This document shows, one piece after another, positions 28,102 through 37,103 of a DNA stretch of 64,000 bases; the stretch's first letter is position 1; the number at the start of each line of letters is the position of its first letter. Location of the stretch: positions 11,975 to 75,974 of the forward strand of contig JABHLR010000005.1 in assembly GCA_018693315.1 (NCBI GenBank). The letters are read 5' to 3'. The notes under the pieces are model-generated. The model searched no databases. It saw only the letters and a list, made by a program, of their open reading frames with translations, and was not told where the DNA came from. The stretch comes from an archaeon (GTDB lineage Archaea > Nanobdellota > Nanobdellia > Pacearchaeales > GW2011-AR1). The position numbers and the translations under genes are program-made.

Positions 28102-28644
28102 ATGTATGGGAAAAGGGGACAGGGTATGTCGTTGACTACGATTATTTTGATTGTGCTTGGCTTGGCGGTTCTTGTTTTTTTAATATTTGGATTTTCTACA
28201 GGTTGGGGAAATTTGTGGGGAACTATAACTGAGCTTGGTGGTGGAGATGCTAATGTTGATGATATAAGTCGGGGTTGTGCTTTGGCTTGTCAGCAAGGGG
28301 CGTCTTATGGTTTTTGTGATCAGAAAAGGGATTTGATTATTTCTAAGGGTAAGGAGACTAGTGGGAGTTGTTTTGATTTTGCAAAGAAGAGACCTTCTTT
28401 GGGGATTGAAAATTGTAATAATTTATGTAGTGGGGATTCGGATGGTTGTGTTTCCAAGGAGAAGAAAGATGTGAATTGTGATGGGGTTGGGGAGGAGGGT
28501 TCTCCTACCAAAACAACTCCTTCTAGTTCTGTAGGAAGTGGGGCTATTGCAATTGATTTGTCTCAGGAATCTTTGGATATTTCTTATGTGGTGATTACTT
28601 CTGATGAGGATTCGTTTAGTGAAAGTGGGGAGGTTTTTGCATGA
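28102..28644 (+). CDS. Pilin-like (class III signal peptide) Cys-rich secreted protein
   Basis: MYGKRGQGMSLTTIILIVLGLAVLVFLIFG resembles archaeal prepilin signals. Eight or more Cys, Ser/Thr-rich linker. Stop overlaps the next start (ATGA). Confidence 0.55.
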   Translation: MYGKRGQGMSLTTIILIVLGLAVLVFLIFGFSTGWGNLWGTITELGGGDANVDDISRGCALACQQGASYGFCDQKRDLIISKGKETSGSCFDFAKKRPSLGIENCNNLCSGDSDGCVSKEKKDVNCDGVGEEGSPTKTTPSSSVGSGAIAIDLSQESLDISYVVITSDEDSFSESGEVFA

Positions 28645-30218
28645 GGTTGAAATTTTTAATATTGATAATATTTTTGGGATTAAGTATAACTCCGTTTGTT
28701 TTGGCGGAAGAAGTTAAGGTGAATGATGCATTTTATGTTTCTGCAAGTAATTTTGACAGTCTTAATACAAAAGAATATAGGCAATTTAAGAGGGAGCTTG
28801 AGTGGGAGGGGACTGTTCTTAAGGCTGAGAGAAAGTCGAAAATAATTGTTTATTTTTTAGATAGTTTTAATGAGGATGATATGGGGAAATTAGCTCAATC
28901 AAAATTTTCTGAATTTAAATTAGGGAAAGAAGGTCTTCCTGTTTTAAATTTATTAGTGTTTTATTCACTCAAGGAAAAGGAGATAAAAATTATTTATCCT
29001 GCAACTTGTGTATATGATCAGTCAAAATTGGATAATTTGGCAAAAGATACTGCAAGTAAAATGAAAGAATCTAAAGATTATTCTGAAATCGTTACATTGT
29101 TCAAGTCGCTGGCTGAAATTTCTATAGCTAAATTTGAAGATATAAAAGATCATCCCGTATTTAATTGCCCTGCTCCTGAAACCAGTAAATATAAAGTTAA
29201 AGAAATAAAAAAGGAGAATAAGAATTGTAAGCCTTTGTTTGAAAATGATAAATTTAATTCCTCTAGGTTAAAGATACAAATTTTAGGGAATAGTTTTGAT
29301 AATGAAAAAGAATTCAAGAATGCTATTGATAAATATGTTTTAAAAGAAGGATTCCAGAAAATAGAGCCATTCAAGAGCTACACGAAAAATGGCAAGGATG
29401 GCTTATTCCATTTTGTTTATGGGAATTATAATATTGAGGTCGATTTTGGTATGGATGAGGATTCTGAAGATAAAGTCAAGGCAATTACTGACGAGCTTTC
29501 CAAGTGTCCGAATGTGTTTTATACAATATTATTAAACGATAAGATATCTGGAAATTCCGGTGATCCTAATTATTTAAGACCTTTTTATAGACCCAATATG
29601 AAGACAAGCTTTAATACTCTTCGTGGATCAACAATTATGCATGAAACAGGTCATAGGTTTGAATTAGATGATGAATATCCTAGTGGCAATGCTATTAATG
29701 CTGAAATGAGTGAGGAGTTAGGGTCATTTCAATTATCTTGTTCAAGAAAGCCAGATGAACATTGGAAGCAAATTCTTGAGGAATTTGGGGAATATAGGTT
29801 TCGAACTTGTTCTGGAACAGATAAAGCATATAGATCTTCTTTTCAAAGTATCATGAGGCACTCAAAGGTATATAAAAAATTTAATTATTTAAGTTGTCTT
29901 TTTTTGGTTAGAGAATTTGAAAAAGTAGATTTAATTACAGATAAAAAAGTAAGCGATGTTTGTATGAATTTATATAATTCTGGAGAAATTCAACAACCAG
30001 AAGAAATTGCTAAAGAAGATAAGGACTATGAATTTTGTTTATTGGCCAAAAATATGTATGGACGGGATAATAAGAATTACGAAAATATTGATTGTAAAAA
30101 AATGTTAATAGAATGCTCAAAAATAGAAACTAATAATAATAAATTAAAATCGTGCGTACGGAGTAAATTCGATGAAATAGAAAAATTAATTTCGCAATAT
30201 GGAGGGATAACTAATTAA
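28641..30218 (+). CDS. Secreted zinc metalloprotease (HExxH)
   Basis: Signal peptide MRLKFLILIIFLGLSITPFVLA. Zinc-binding motif IMHETGHRFELDDEY. Low-GC, A-rich composition unlike neighbouring + strand genes. Confidence 0.55.
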   Translation: MRLKFLILIIFLGLSITPFVLAEEVKVNDAFYVSASNFDSLNTKEYRQFKRELEWEGTVLKAERKSKIIVYFLDSFNEDDMGKLAQSKFSEFKLGKEGLPVLNLLVFYSLKEKEIKIIYPATCVYDQSKLDNLAKDTASKMKESKDYSEIVTLFKSLAEISIAKFEDIKDHPVFNCPAPETSKYKVKEIKKENKNCKPLFENDKFNSSRLKIQILGNSFDNEKEFKNAIDKYVLKEGFQKIEPFKSYTKNGKDGLFHFVYGNYNIEVDFGMDEDSEDKVKAITDELSKCPNVFYTILLNDKISGNSGDPNYLRPFYRPNMKTSFNTLRGSTIMHETGHRFELDDEYPSGNAINAEMSEELGSFQLSCSRKPDEHWKQILEEFGEYRFRTCSGTDKAYRSSFQSIMRHSKVYKKFNYLSCLFLVREFEKVDLITDKKVSDVCMNLYNSGEIQQPEEIAKEDKDYEFCLLAKNMYGRDNKNYENIDCKKMLIECSKIETNNNKLKSCVRSKFDEIEKLISQYGGITN

Positions 30219-30220
30219 AA

Positions 30221-30799
30221 ATGGATAAAAACAAATTTATTTTTTTGTTTATTGTGATAGGTTTATCCTTAAGCTTAGTTAGTGCAATTGAAAGCGAACA
30301 GACTTATGTTTTTAGAGTTGTAAAAGATGGGCTTTATGTTTCTCCAGTAAGTTTAGATTTGTTTGATTCTCCATTTAGTGAACAATCAAATTTGAATAAG
30401 GGAGAATATCATGCAGATTTGGTTAGTAATGAAAAAGTTTTGTATTCTCTTAAATTTGATTTGTATTCTTTGAGTATGACGAATCCTACTGAAGAGTGTT
30501 TTGAAAATCCCGAAGATGTTTCATGCCAGGAAGATTTGTATATTTATGATTATGCTAATGCGGATGTTATATTGAATTTTCCTTATTATAAAAGTGCTAA
30601 TGCAATAAATGTTTACAATGAGAATGGGCTTATTTTTAGGTTTGATTTTGAGAATGAGACTACTGGTTTCTTTATGCAATATTGGTATTATTTCGTTGCG
30701 GGAGTTATTTTACTCGTTGTGATTGTCTTTTTACTGAAGAGGAAGAAAAATCCTACTTTGCAAAATCAGAGGTTTAAACAAACTCCTCGATATAATTAA
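30221..30799 (+). CDS. Secreted protein with a C-terminal TM anchor and basic tail
   Basis: N-terminal signal peptide. C-terminus YWYYFVAGVILLVVIVFLLKRKKNPT. Confidence 0.45.
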   Translation: MDKNKFIFLFIVIGLSLSLVSAIESEQTYVFRVVKDGLYVSPVSLDLFDSPFSEQSNLNKGEYHADLVSNEKVLYSLKFDLYSLSMTNPTEECFENPEDVSCQEDLYIYDYANADVILNFPYYKSANAINVYNENGLIFRFDFENETTGFFMQYWYYFVAGVILLVVIVFLLKRKKNPTLQNQRFKQTPRYN

Positions 30800-30873
30800 A
30801 GAAGAGTGCCTTATTCCTATTTAGTAGTAACAATTAGAAAGGTTTATATAACATTATTTTCTACGTATTTAAC

Positions 30874-31455
30874 ATGGAGATTATAAAATGGAAGGATATA
30901 ATTGAAGATGATAATTTATCTGGAGAACTTTATAAGAGGGTGCGCTCCCCGAAATTTGTAGATAAAATAATTAGGGAGTATGGCGCCTTTCCAGAGGGCG
31001 AATATAGTTCAGACCTTAGGTTGTGGTTGGCTTCAAAGTTTTATGCTCAGATTAACCCAGCTTATCAGGTTTTAAACGGAAATGTTTCCCAAAAAAGAAT
31101 ACTAGACCTTGGTTGTGGTTCATCCAGCGGTACTTACGAATCTGAAAAATTTGATCCAAAAATGTATGAGCCTTGGTTTTGCAGGGTATTTAAAGAACTA
31201 GGTGCAAATCCCGTTGGAATTGATATCGGAAACCTTAATGAAGAGAAATTTGAACATTACACTGCAAATCTTCTATTACCTGATTCACTTGATTTTCTTG
31301 AAAATAATTCTATAGATGTTGTAACTGCAGACTTATTGTATAATTCTCCAACCCTTGAACAAATGCGTGGTTTTGGAGACTTAAGAGAATTATTGCTTCC
31401 TCAATTAGAGAGAATTGTAAAACCAGATGGATTTTTTGTAGAAGGATCATGGTGA
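30874..31455 (+). CDS. Class I SAM-dependent methyltransferase
   Basis: Motif I ILDLGCGSSSG, acidic post-I residue (VGIDIG), motif IV-like VVTADLL. Confidence 0.6.
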   Translation: MEIIKWKDIIEDDNLSGELYKRVRSPKFVDKIIREYGAFPEGEYSSDLRLWLASKFYAQINPAYQVLNGNVSQKRILDLGCGSSSGTYESEKFDPKMYEPWFCRVFKELGANPVGIDIGNLNEEKFEHYTANLLLPDSLDFLENNSIDVVTADLLYNSPTLEQMRGFGDLRELLLPQLERIVKPDGFFVEGSW

Positions 31456-31473
31456 GGGTTTATCAATAAAATA

Positions 31474-31614
31474 TCATTTCCCCTTAGAATAACCAGCACT
31501 TTTCAACTTATTCTTAGAACACTTATAGCAAATTCTCGATGACTTTGAAATTGTACGAAAAGGCTCGTTGCATCGGTTACATACTCTTTGATAATCTTTA
31601 AGTTTCTCTGCCAT
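31474..31614 (-). CDS. Putative 46 aa Zn-ribbon protein (below the ORF-track size cutoff)
   Basis: Minus-strand ORF MAEKLKDYQRVCNRCNEPFRTISKSSRICYKCSKNKLKSAGYSKGK with two CxxC pairs. Convergent with the methyltransferase gene. Confidence 0.25.
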   Translation of the reverse strand: MAEKLKDYQRVCNRCNEPFRTISKSSRICYKCSKNKLKSAGYSKGK

Positions 31615-31732
31615 ATAAAGATGGAGGATTATTTTATTAAATAGTTTTCTACCTGCTTCTTGTTTTGTTCAGAAGCTATTCGGGGGTTGTAGATATGATT
31701 AATTTTATAAGCCCCGCAATCCTCCAGTTCCC

Positions 31733-31942
31733 ATGCCAAAACTACTAACAAAATCCAACTACCTTTTGGGCTTACAATGCTCGAGATTATTGTGGGTAGC
31801 GAAGAACGATAAGCAGAGAATTCCAGAGCCGGATTATTCTGCGAAGCATAATTTCAAGATGGGAGATATTATTGGAGTTTTAGCCACAAAGGTTTTCCCT
31901 GATGGAGTCGACCTTGTGGATTTGGGTTTTATGGAGAATTAA
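31733..31942 (+). CDS. Hypothetical protein (69 aa)
   Basis: ORF only. Lies in a compositionally atypical stretch. Confidence 0.2.
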   Translation: MPKLLTKSNYLLGLQCSRLLWVAKNDKQRIPEPDYSAKHNFKMGDIIGVLATKVFPDGVDLVDLGFMEN

Positions 31943-32091
31943 CGAAAAATTAGGCATAGAAAACCTTATAAATAATCACATATTAATAATATTAACATGC
32001 TCCCTATTGATCTCCGGGTCAATAGATGATTTTTTCTTTTTTTATTCTATTATTAACAATATTTTATAAAAGTTGATTTCCTGTTTCATTT

Positions 32092-32697
32092 ATGGAAAAA
32101 TGTATCGTAATGATTGATGCAGGATTTTTATCTAAGGTTAGTCGCGAATTGGGGGATGGACATTATTTTAAATATGATTTATTGAAATTTTCCAAAAATC
32201 TTTGTGGTAATTTAGAATTTGTATTTAAACATCTATTTTTTTATAATGCTCCACCATATCAGAGTACTAATCCAAACGAAGGTCAGAAGAAGAGAAAGGA
32301 AGAGTATGATTCTTTTGTTAGTAAGTTGGTTATAGATGATTTTGTTACGATTAAGGAGGGAAGGTGTCAAAGATTGAGAGTAGGGGGAAGATATATTTAC
32401 AAGCAAAAGGGTGTTGATACGCTTCTTACGATGGGGCTAATGGATATCCCAATAAAATATCCTAAGATAAAACAAGTTATTTTAATTGCTAGTGATAGTG
32501 ATTTCGTTCCAGTTATCGAGAGATTGAAGGATTTGGGAATTAAAGTTATATTATTTACTTATTTTAATAGAGTTCGAAATTCTAATTTTTCCAGATCAAA
32601 TGATTTGATTAAATCTGTTAGCAGATATGTTAAGTTAAAAAAAGAGGATTTTGAAGGGTGTAAGTTCTTCGAAAACCATTCAAGTATTTTTAAATAA
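32092..32697 (+). CDS. NYN/LabA-like (DUF88) domain protein, predicted RNase-fold
   Basis: IDAGFL...QKGVDTLL...LIASDSDFVPVIERLKDLGIKV matches the LabA/NYN pattern. Confidence 0.6.
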   Translation: MEKCIVMIDAGFLSKVSRELGDGHYFKYDLLKFSKNLCGNLEFVFKHLFFYNAPPYQSTNPNEGQKKRKEEYDSFVSKLVIDDFVTIKEGRCQRLRVGGRYIYKQKGVDTLLTMGLMDIPIKYPKIKQVILIASDSDFVPVIERLKDLGIKVILFTYFNRVRNSNFSRSNDLIKSVSRYVKLKKEDFEGCKFFENHSSIFK

Positions 32698-32721
32698 ATT
32701 AAAAAAAAGTGGAAGGAAAAT

Positions 32722-32784
32722 AACCGAAGTTATAATCCAACCGAATTTTTTAACCGAAGTTAAAAAATTATCCAACCGAAGTTG
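32722..32784 (+). repeat. Four spaced direct copies of (CC)AACCGAAGTT (one degenerate)
   Basis: Copies at 32722, about 32740 (aaccgaatttttt), 32752 and 32773. Spacing 20-31 nt. Too short and irregular for CRISPR. Confidence 0.55.
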
Positions 32785-32852
32785 AATAATATATGATAGT
32801 ATATTTAGTATTTAAAGGTTTTGGTGGTGGATTAGTTTTATAAAGTAGGGGA

Positions 32853-32890
32853 GGTGTAATGGTGTAATGGTATATTGGTGTAATGGTGGG
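32853..32890 (+). repeat. Three tandem GGTGTAATGG units overlapping the start region of the downstream gene
   Basis: ggtgtaatggtgtaatggtatattggtgtaatggtggg. Lies immediately downstream of tttataaag. Confidence 0.55.
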
Positions 32891-32897
32891 AGCTTGT

Positions 32898-33203
32898 ATG
32901 GGTGATATTTTGGTGAAGGTTCATGAGTCTTATCGTTGGGTTGTGGCTGTTTGTGATGAGGATATTTTTGGTCGGAAATTGGTTGAAGGTAAGAGGGTTT
33001 TGGACGTGAGTGGTGAGTTTTTTAACGGGGAGAAGATGAGCGAGGATGAGGCTGTTGCTGAGATTATTCGGTGTAATCGTGAGGATGCGACTTTTAATTT
33101 TGTTGGTGAGGAATCTGTTGATCTTGCGAAGAGGCTTGGGATTGTGAAAGATGAGGGGATTGTTTTGATTGAGGGTGTGCCGTTTGCTTTGGTGTTATTG
33201 TAA
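32898..33203 (+). CDS. Conserved hypothetical protein (about 100 aa)
   Basis: ORF MGDILVKVHESYRWVVAVCDED... ATG at 32898 is preferred to ATGs inside the tandem repeat. Confidence 0.45.
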   Translation: MGDILVKVHESYRWVVAVCDEDIFGRKLVEGKRVLDVSGEFFNGEKMSEDEAVAEIIRCNREDATFNFVGEESVDLAKRLGIVKDEGIVLIEGVPFALVLL

Positions 33204-33235
33204 GGTTTTATAAATGAAATTCTTGTAAGTGTTTT

Positions 33236-33592
33236 ATGGCGTTTAGTAAGTTTAAGGATAAGACGAAGAAGAATAAGGCGAAGGTTTTTGTGCCGGGGCA
33301 TGAGGGTCCTGTTAGAGTTAAGTTGCCTAATTCGAAGGAAGTAATCGGGATTATAACGCAGAGATGTGGTGGTTCGAGGATGCAGGTTTCGTGTATGGAT
33401 GGGAAGACTCGGAATTGTAGGGTGCCTGGAAGGAAGAGAAGAGGGCTTTGGTTGAGGGAAGGAGATGCTATAATTATTGAGCCGTGGGAGTTTGATGATG
33501 ATAAGGGAGATGTTCTGTTTAAATATACTGAAAATCAGGTGAGGAAGCTTAAGGAAATGGGTAAGTTAGATACTGATGCTAGTGAGTTCTGA
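33236..33592 (+). CDS. Translation initiation factor 1A (aIF1A)
   Basis: OB/S1-like core EVIGIITQRCGGSRMQVSCMDGKTRNCRVPGRKRRGLWLREGDAIIIEPWEFDDDKGDVLFKY matches eIF1A. Confidence 0.85.
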   Translation: MAFSKFKDKTKKNKAKVFVPGHEGPVRVKLPNSKEVIGIITQRCGGSRMQVSCMDGKTRNCRVPGRKRRGLWLREGDAIIIEPWEFDDDKGDVLFKYTENQVRKLKEMGKLDTDASEF

Positions 33593-34110
33593 TGAGAAAT
33601 GTTATTGTTGAAAATATGAATAAGGTCAAGAAGGCTGTGCCTGTGATTGAGAATTCTGTGAAGGTTAAGATTGGTTTTGGGAAGGGTAGTGTTAGATTGA
33701 AGGGGAGTGAGTTGAATGAATATTTGATTGAGAAGGTTGTGCAGGCTGTTGATTTTGGTTTTGACGTTGAGGATGCTTTGTTGTTGAAGGATGAGAAGTT
33801 TATTTTGGAGTTTATTGGGGTTAGAGAGCATACTCACCGGAAGAACTTGAAGGATGTTCGGTCGAGGTTGATTGGGACTGGCGGAAAGGCGAGGAAGACG
33901 ATTGAGAAGTTGACTGGGTCTGTGATTGTGATTCATGATAATAAAGTTGGTGTGATTACCGACGCTGATCATTTAGATGCTGTGACTCAGGCGATTGAGA
34001 ATTTGATTCGTGGGGCTAAGCATGGGAATGTTTTTGCGTATTTGGAGAAGCAGAATATTGCTAGGAATAGGTTTGATGAGGAAGATTTGGGGTTGAGGGA
34101 TGAGGAGTAG
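33592..34110 (+). CDS. KH-domain RNA-binding protein (Dim2/Pno1-like)
   Basis: Two KH-like segments (GKGSVRLKGSELNEY and IGTGGKARKTIEKLTGS). Start overlaps the aIF1A stop (ATGA). Confidence 0.65.
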   Translation: MRNVIVENMNKVKKAVPVIENSVKVKIGFGKGSVRLKGSELNEYLIEKVVQAVDFGFDVEDALLLKDEKFILEFIGVREHTHRKNLKDVRSRLIGTGGKARKTIEKLTGSVIVIHDNKVGVITDADHLDAVTQAIENLIRGAKHGNVFAYLEKQNIARNRFDEEDLGLRDEE

Positions 34111-34146
34111 TTAGTTTTATATATGCTTTTTCTGATAGTTGTTTAT

Positions 34147-34219
34147 GCTTCGGTAGCTCAGCAGGTAGAGCGCACGGCTGTTAACCGTGATGTCGGAGGT
34201 TCGAGTCCTCTCCGAAGCG
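34147..34219 (+). tRNA. tRNA-Asn (anticodon GTT)
   Basis: Manual cloverleaf: acceptor gcttcgg/ccgaagc; D stem gctc/gagc; anticodon stem cacgg/ccgtg with loop ctGTTaa; T arm ggagg-ttcgagt-cctct; discriminator G. 73 nt. Confidence 0.85.
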
Positions 34220-34491
34220 TTCCGCTTAGGGCGTAGAGTACCGAACCTGAGGTTCCCACAAGGACTACCTTCGCTTCGCTTGGCATGATTCTTTTTTGAA
34301 ATTTAATCTAGCGTAAATTAAAATTGGTTATTTGTGTGTTATTTGTGTGTTTTTGTTGGAAAATAGTGTTGTTATTCCATAATTAGACAGAATGTTTATA
34401 AAGAAACCACCATTTGGTATAGTGTTCTGATGTGAAAATTGGAAAGGTTTAAAAGTGAGAATTTGAGCAACTCGGGTTCTTGGGAATTAAA

Positions 34492-35436
34492 ATGGCAGAT
34501 AAAGAATATATAATAGGAGAAAATCAGAGATCGACAGTGTCGGAGGGCCCTGGAATTGTAAGCATATTGACCTTGAACAGGTTGGGTTTGACGAAGAAGG
34601 CAGTTGATTCGATTTTGAAAAATAGCAGAGGAGATTTTAGGATTGTTTTTTTAGATAATGGGTCTACTGACGGGACTCTTGAATATTTGGATGAGTTAAA
34701 GTTGATGTATCCTTCTTTGGTGGATGTTTTGAAGAGTGATATTAATTTGGGTGTTGCCAAAGGTAGGAATAAAATCTTTGAATATGTTCTTGATAAGTAC
34801 GGAGATAATTTTAAGTGGGTGTTGAGTCTTGATAATGATTGCACGGTTCATGAGGGATATGATATGGCGTTGACGAATTGTATTAATGAAACTGGGGCAT
34901 GGGCAGTGTGTCCTCGATTAATTCAGCCAGATGGTAAAATTTTTCATGATGCCCATAATGGGTTTTTGATTGATTTGAATGAGATGAGATTGAAGTTGGA
35001 GTATGGTGGTAGCGTGTCTATGAGTTATGATGACCCCAAGGTTTCTCAGCGGATTGAGACAGATGTTATATTGGGAACTAGTGCGAAGACTCCTAAGTTT
35101 TTGAAGAATGTTGGATTTTACGACGAGGGCCATAAAATTGGATGGGAAGATTTTGCTATTGCCCTGAAGGCTTTTGGGTTGACTGGAGATAGTTTTTCTG
35201 TATGGAGAGATCAGGATAAACACAATGGGGAGGATTGGGTTCCTTTGAGAAAGTTGGCTGATGGAAATACTTCTGGTGTGAACGTAGTGTATGAGCCGGG
35301 GTGTATGATTACTCATGATCATCCAATTGTGACTGAGGCAGATGAGGCCTATGAAAAGGTGAGGTGGGATTCTGAGGTGATTGAAGAGAGTACGGATCAT
35401 TTTGAGAAGACGTGGGGAGTTCGACCGGTATTGTAG
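34492..35436 (+). CDS. Family 2 glycosyltransferase
   Basis: N-terminal GT2 fold signature VSILTLNRLGLTKKAVDSIL...FRIVFLDNGSTDGT and a DxD-like LDND. Confidence 0.7.
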   Translation: MADKEYIIGENQRSTVSEGPGIVSILTLNRLGLTKKAVDSILKNSRGDFRIVFLDNGSTDGTLEYLDELKLMYPSLVDVLKSDINLGVAKGRNKIFEYVLDKYGDNFKWVLSLDNDCTVHEGYDMALTNCINETGAWAVCPRLIQPDGKIFHDAHNGFLIDLNEMRLKLEYGGSVSMSYDDPKVSQRIETDVILGTSAKTPKFLKNVGFYDEGHKIGWEDFAIALKAFGLTGDSFSVWRDQDKHNGEDWVPLRKLADGNTSGVNVVYEPGCMITHDHPIVTEADEAYEKVRWDSEVIEESTDHFEKTWGVRPVL

Positions 35437-35449
35437 TTGGTATTCTAAG

Positions 35450-36421
35450 ATGGCGCGAAAATTTGATGACGGTATAAAAGTTCTTGCATATGGAGATGTT
35501 TCTAAATTGAAGGCGACTATGAATAGGCATTTTCTTCATCAACTAGAAGCTGTTTCAGATGAGGTTACTCAGGCACCGAGCACAATTAATGAATTGAATA
35601 AGTATGTTCGTGATGGCGATTTTACTCATGTGGTGGTACCTGATGAGTGGTTTCATAAACTAGATGGAACGTTGAGTGGATGTGAGGTTCCTGTGGTGGA
35701 GTTGTTGGGAGATCATTGGGTTCCGTGGGCTATTGATAAAAAGAAAAAATATATGGACAATAATGGGATTCGACAGGCGATTGTTTTTTCTGATAGATTT
35801 CAGGAACAGTATAGAGGATTGGTTGATATGCACTGTGTGTTGACAGGGTATGACTCTCCTGTTTTTCAGAATAAAAATAGGAAGAGAGATATTGATATTT
35901 TGATTCATGGTTCTTTGGGTGATGATACGCACAAATGGGTTTATCCGGTTAGGAATTGGCTATCTGAGATTTTACCTGAAATTGGAGAGAAAGAGGGTCT
36001 TAATGTAGAGAGGTTGGATCATCCGGGCTACTGGCCTGATGGCGAAAGGCCCAAGGGAGGTTTTACAGGAATGTATTCTGATATGTTGAATAGATCTAAA
36101 ATAGCTATCGGTGGCTCGAGCCACTGGAGGCTTCCATTAAAAAAGTTTTATGAAGTTTCTGCTTGTGGGGCTATTTTGTTGAGCGATCTACCCTTAGAAG
36201 ATAAGGCTTTTTTTGAGGCTAGGGTGATTGGGATTGATCCTAAGAGGACTGGGTCTCGGGGGAGCGAGGATGCACTTAGGAGAACTCTTGTCGATACTTT
36301 AGAGAATTATGATGCGGTGAAAGGTAGGCTTCAGCCATTTAGGTCTGAGCAAGATCGCTTTGATAGAAGTTATGAGGGAAGGGCTTTGGAGATGAGAGCT
36401 GTTCTTGCAGGTATAAAATGA
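35450..36421 (+). CDS. Putative glycosyltransferase (GT1/CgeB-like C-terminal domain)
   Basis: C-terminal KFYEVSACGAILLSDLPLED block resembles group-1 glycosyltransferases. The ATG at 35450 follows the GT2 stop. Confidence 0.45.
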   Translation: MARKFDDGIKVLAYGDVSKLKATMNRHFLHQLEAVSDEVTQAPSTINELNKYVRDGDFTHVVVPDEWFHKLDGTLSGCEVPVVELLGDHWVPWAIDKKKKYMDNNGIRQAIVFSDRFQEQYRGLVDMHCVLTGYDSPVFQNKNRKRDIDILIHGSLGDDTHKWVYPVRNWLSEILPEIGEKEGLNVERLDHPGYWPDGERPKGGFTGMYSDMLNRSKIAIGGSSHWRLPLKKFYEVSACGAILLSDLPLEDKAFFEARVIGIDPKRTGSRGSEDALRRTLVDTLENYDAVKGRLQPFRSEQDRFDRSYEGRALEMRAVLAGIK

Positions 36422-36460
36422 ATCCCAATAATTTATAAAGTTCTTCTGGTAAGTTATTTT

Positions 36461-37027
36461 ATGCAATTAAAAGATGCGATTGAGTCGAGGAAAAGTGTGA
36501 AGCGGTTTCATCACAAGAAGCCGAATTGGCGGAAGATTATCAAGGCTATTGATGCCGTTAGGTTTGCGCCGAGTGCGGGAAATCAGTTTGTGACGAAATT
36601 TATTTTGGTTAGTGATGAGAAAAAAATTGCTGAGTTGGCTAAGGCGTCGCAGCAGAGTTTTATTGGAGAGGCTCAATATGTTGTCGTTGCTGTTTCGGAT
36701 GATTCTAGTTTGGTTAGGGATTTCGGCGAGAGGGGAGTTAGGTATACTGCGCAGCAGGCTGGAGCGGCGATTGAGAATTTTTTGTTGGCTTTGACTGAGC
36801 AGAAATTAGTGACGACTTGGGTTGGGCATTTTTATGATGATCAGGTTCGGAGGACGTTGAAGATTCCTGAGGGTTTGCATATTGAGGCTATGTTTCCGAT
36901 TGGGATTGAGACGAAGATTAAGACGACGCCGAAGAGGCAGAGGAAACTGGATGGGATTATTAATTTTGATAAGTATGGGGAGAAAAAAATGACTCCTGGG
37001 CTTAAGTTGAGTCGTAGTGCAGTATAA
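36461..37027 (+). CDS. Nitroreductase-family protein
   Basis: RKSVKRF...APSAGNQ signature. 188 aa. Confidence 0.7.
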   Translation: MQLKDAIESRKSVKRFHHKKPNWRKIIKAIDAVRFAPSAGNQFVTKFILVSDEKKIAELAKASQQSFIGEAQYVVVAVSDDSSLVRDFGERGVRYTAQQAGAAIENFLLALTEQKLVTTWVGHFYDDQVRRTLKIPEGLHIEAMFPIGIETKIKTTPKRQRKLDGIINFDKYGEKKMTPGLKLSRSAV

Positions 37028-37050
37028 TTTCTGTTGGAAATAATGTTAAT

Positions 37051-37069
37051 CCTCCGCGAAATGCGGAGG
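37051..37069. terminator. Perfect 7 bp hairpin between convergent genes
   Basis: cctccgc-gaaat-gcggagg flanked by A/T tracts. Sits between the nitroreductase (+) and ftsZ (-) stops. Confidence 0.45.
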
Positions 37070-37103
37070 AAGAATAAAAATAAAATAAAAAACTAATTTG
37101 TGC

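Noticed and set aside
32722-32784. Possible CRISPR array
   Set aside because: Repeat units are only 10-12 nt, with irregular 20-31 nt spacing and one degenerate copy. No cas genes nearby.
32883-32897. Start codons inside the GGTGTAATGG tandem as the gene start
   Set aside because: The three ATGs are part of the repeat. The ATG at 32898 (MGDILVKV...) gives a conserved-looking N-terminus. Upstream ATGs remain possible alternative starts.
34220-34290. Second tRNA or split-tRNA half after tRNA-Asn
   Set aside because: No acceptor, anticodon or T-arm cloverleaf could be drawn by hand. Kept only as an unexplained segment in the findings.
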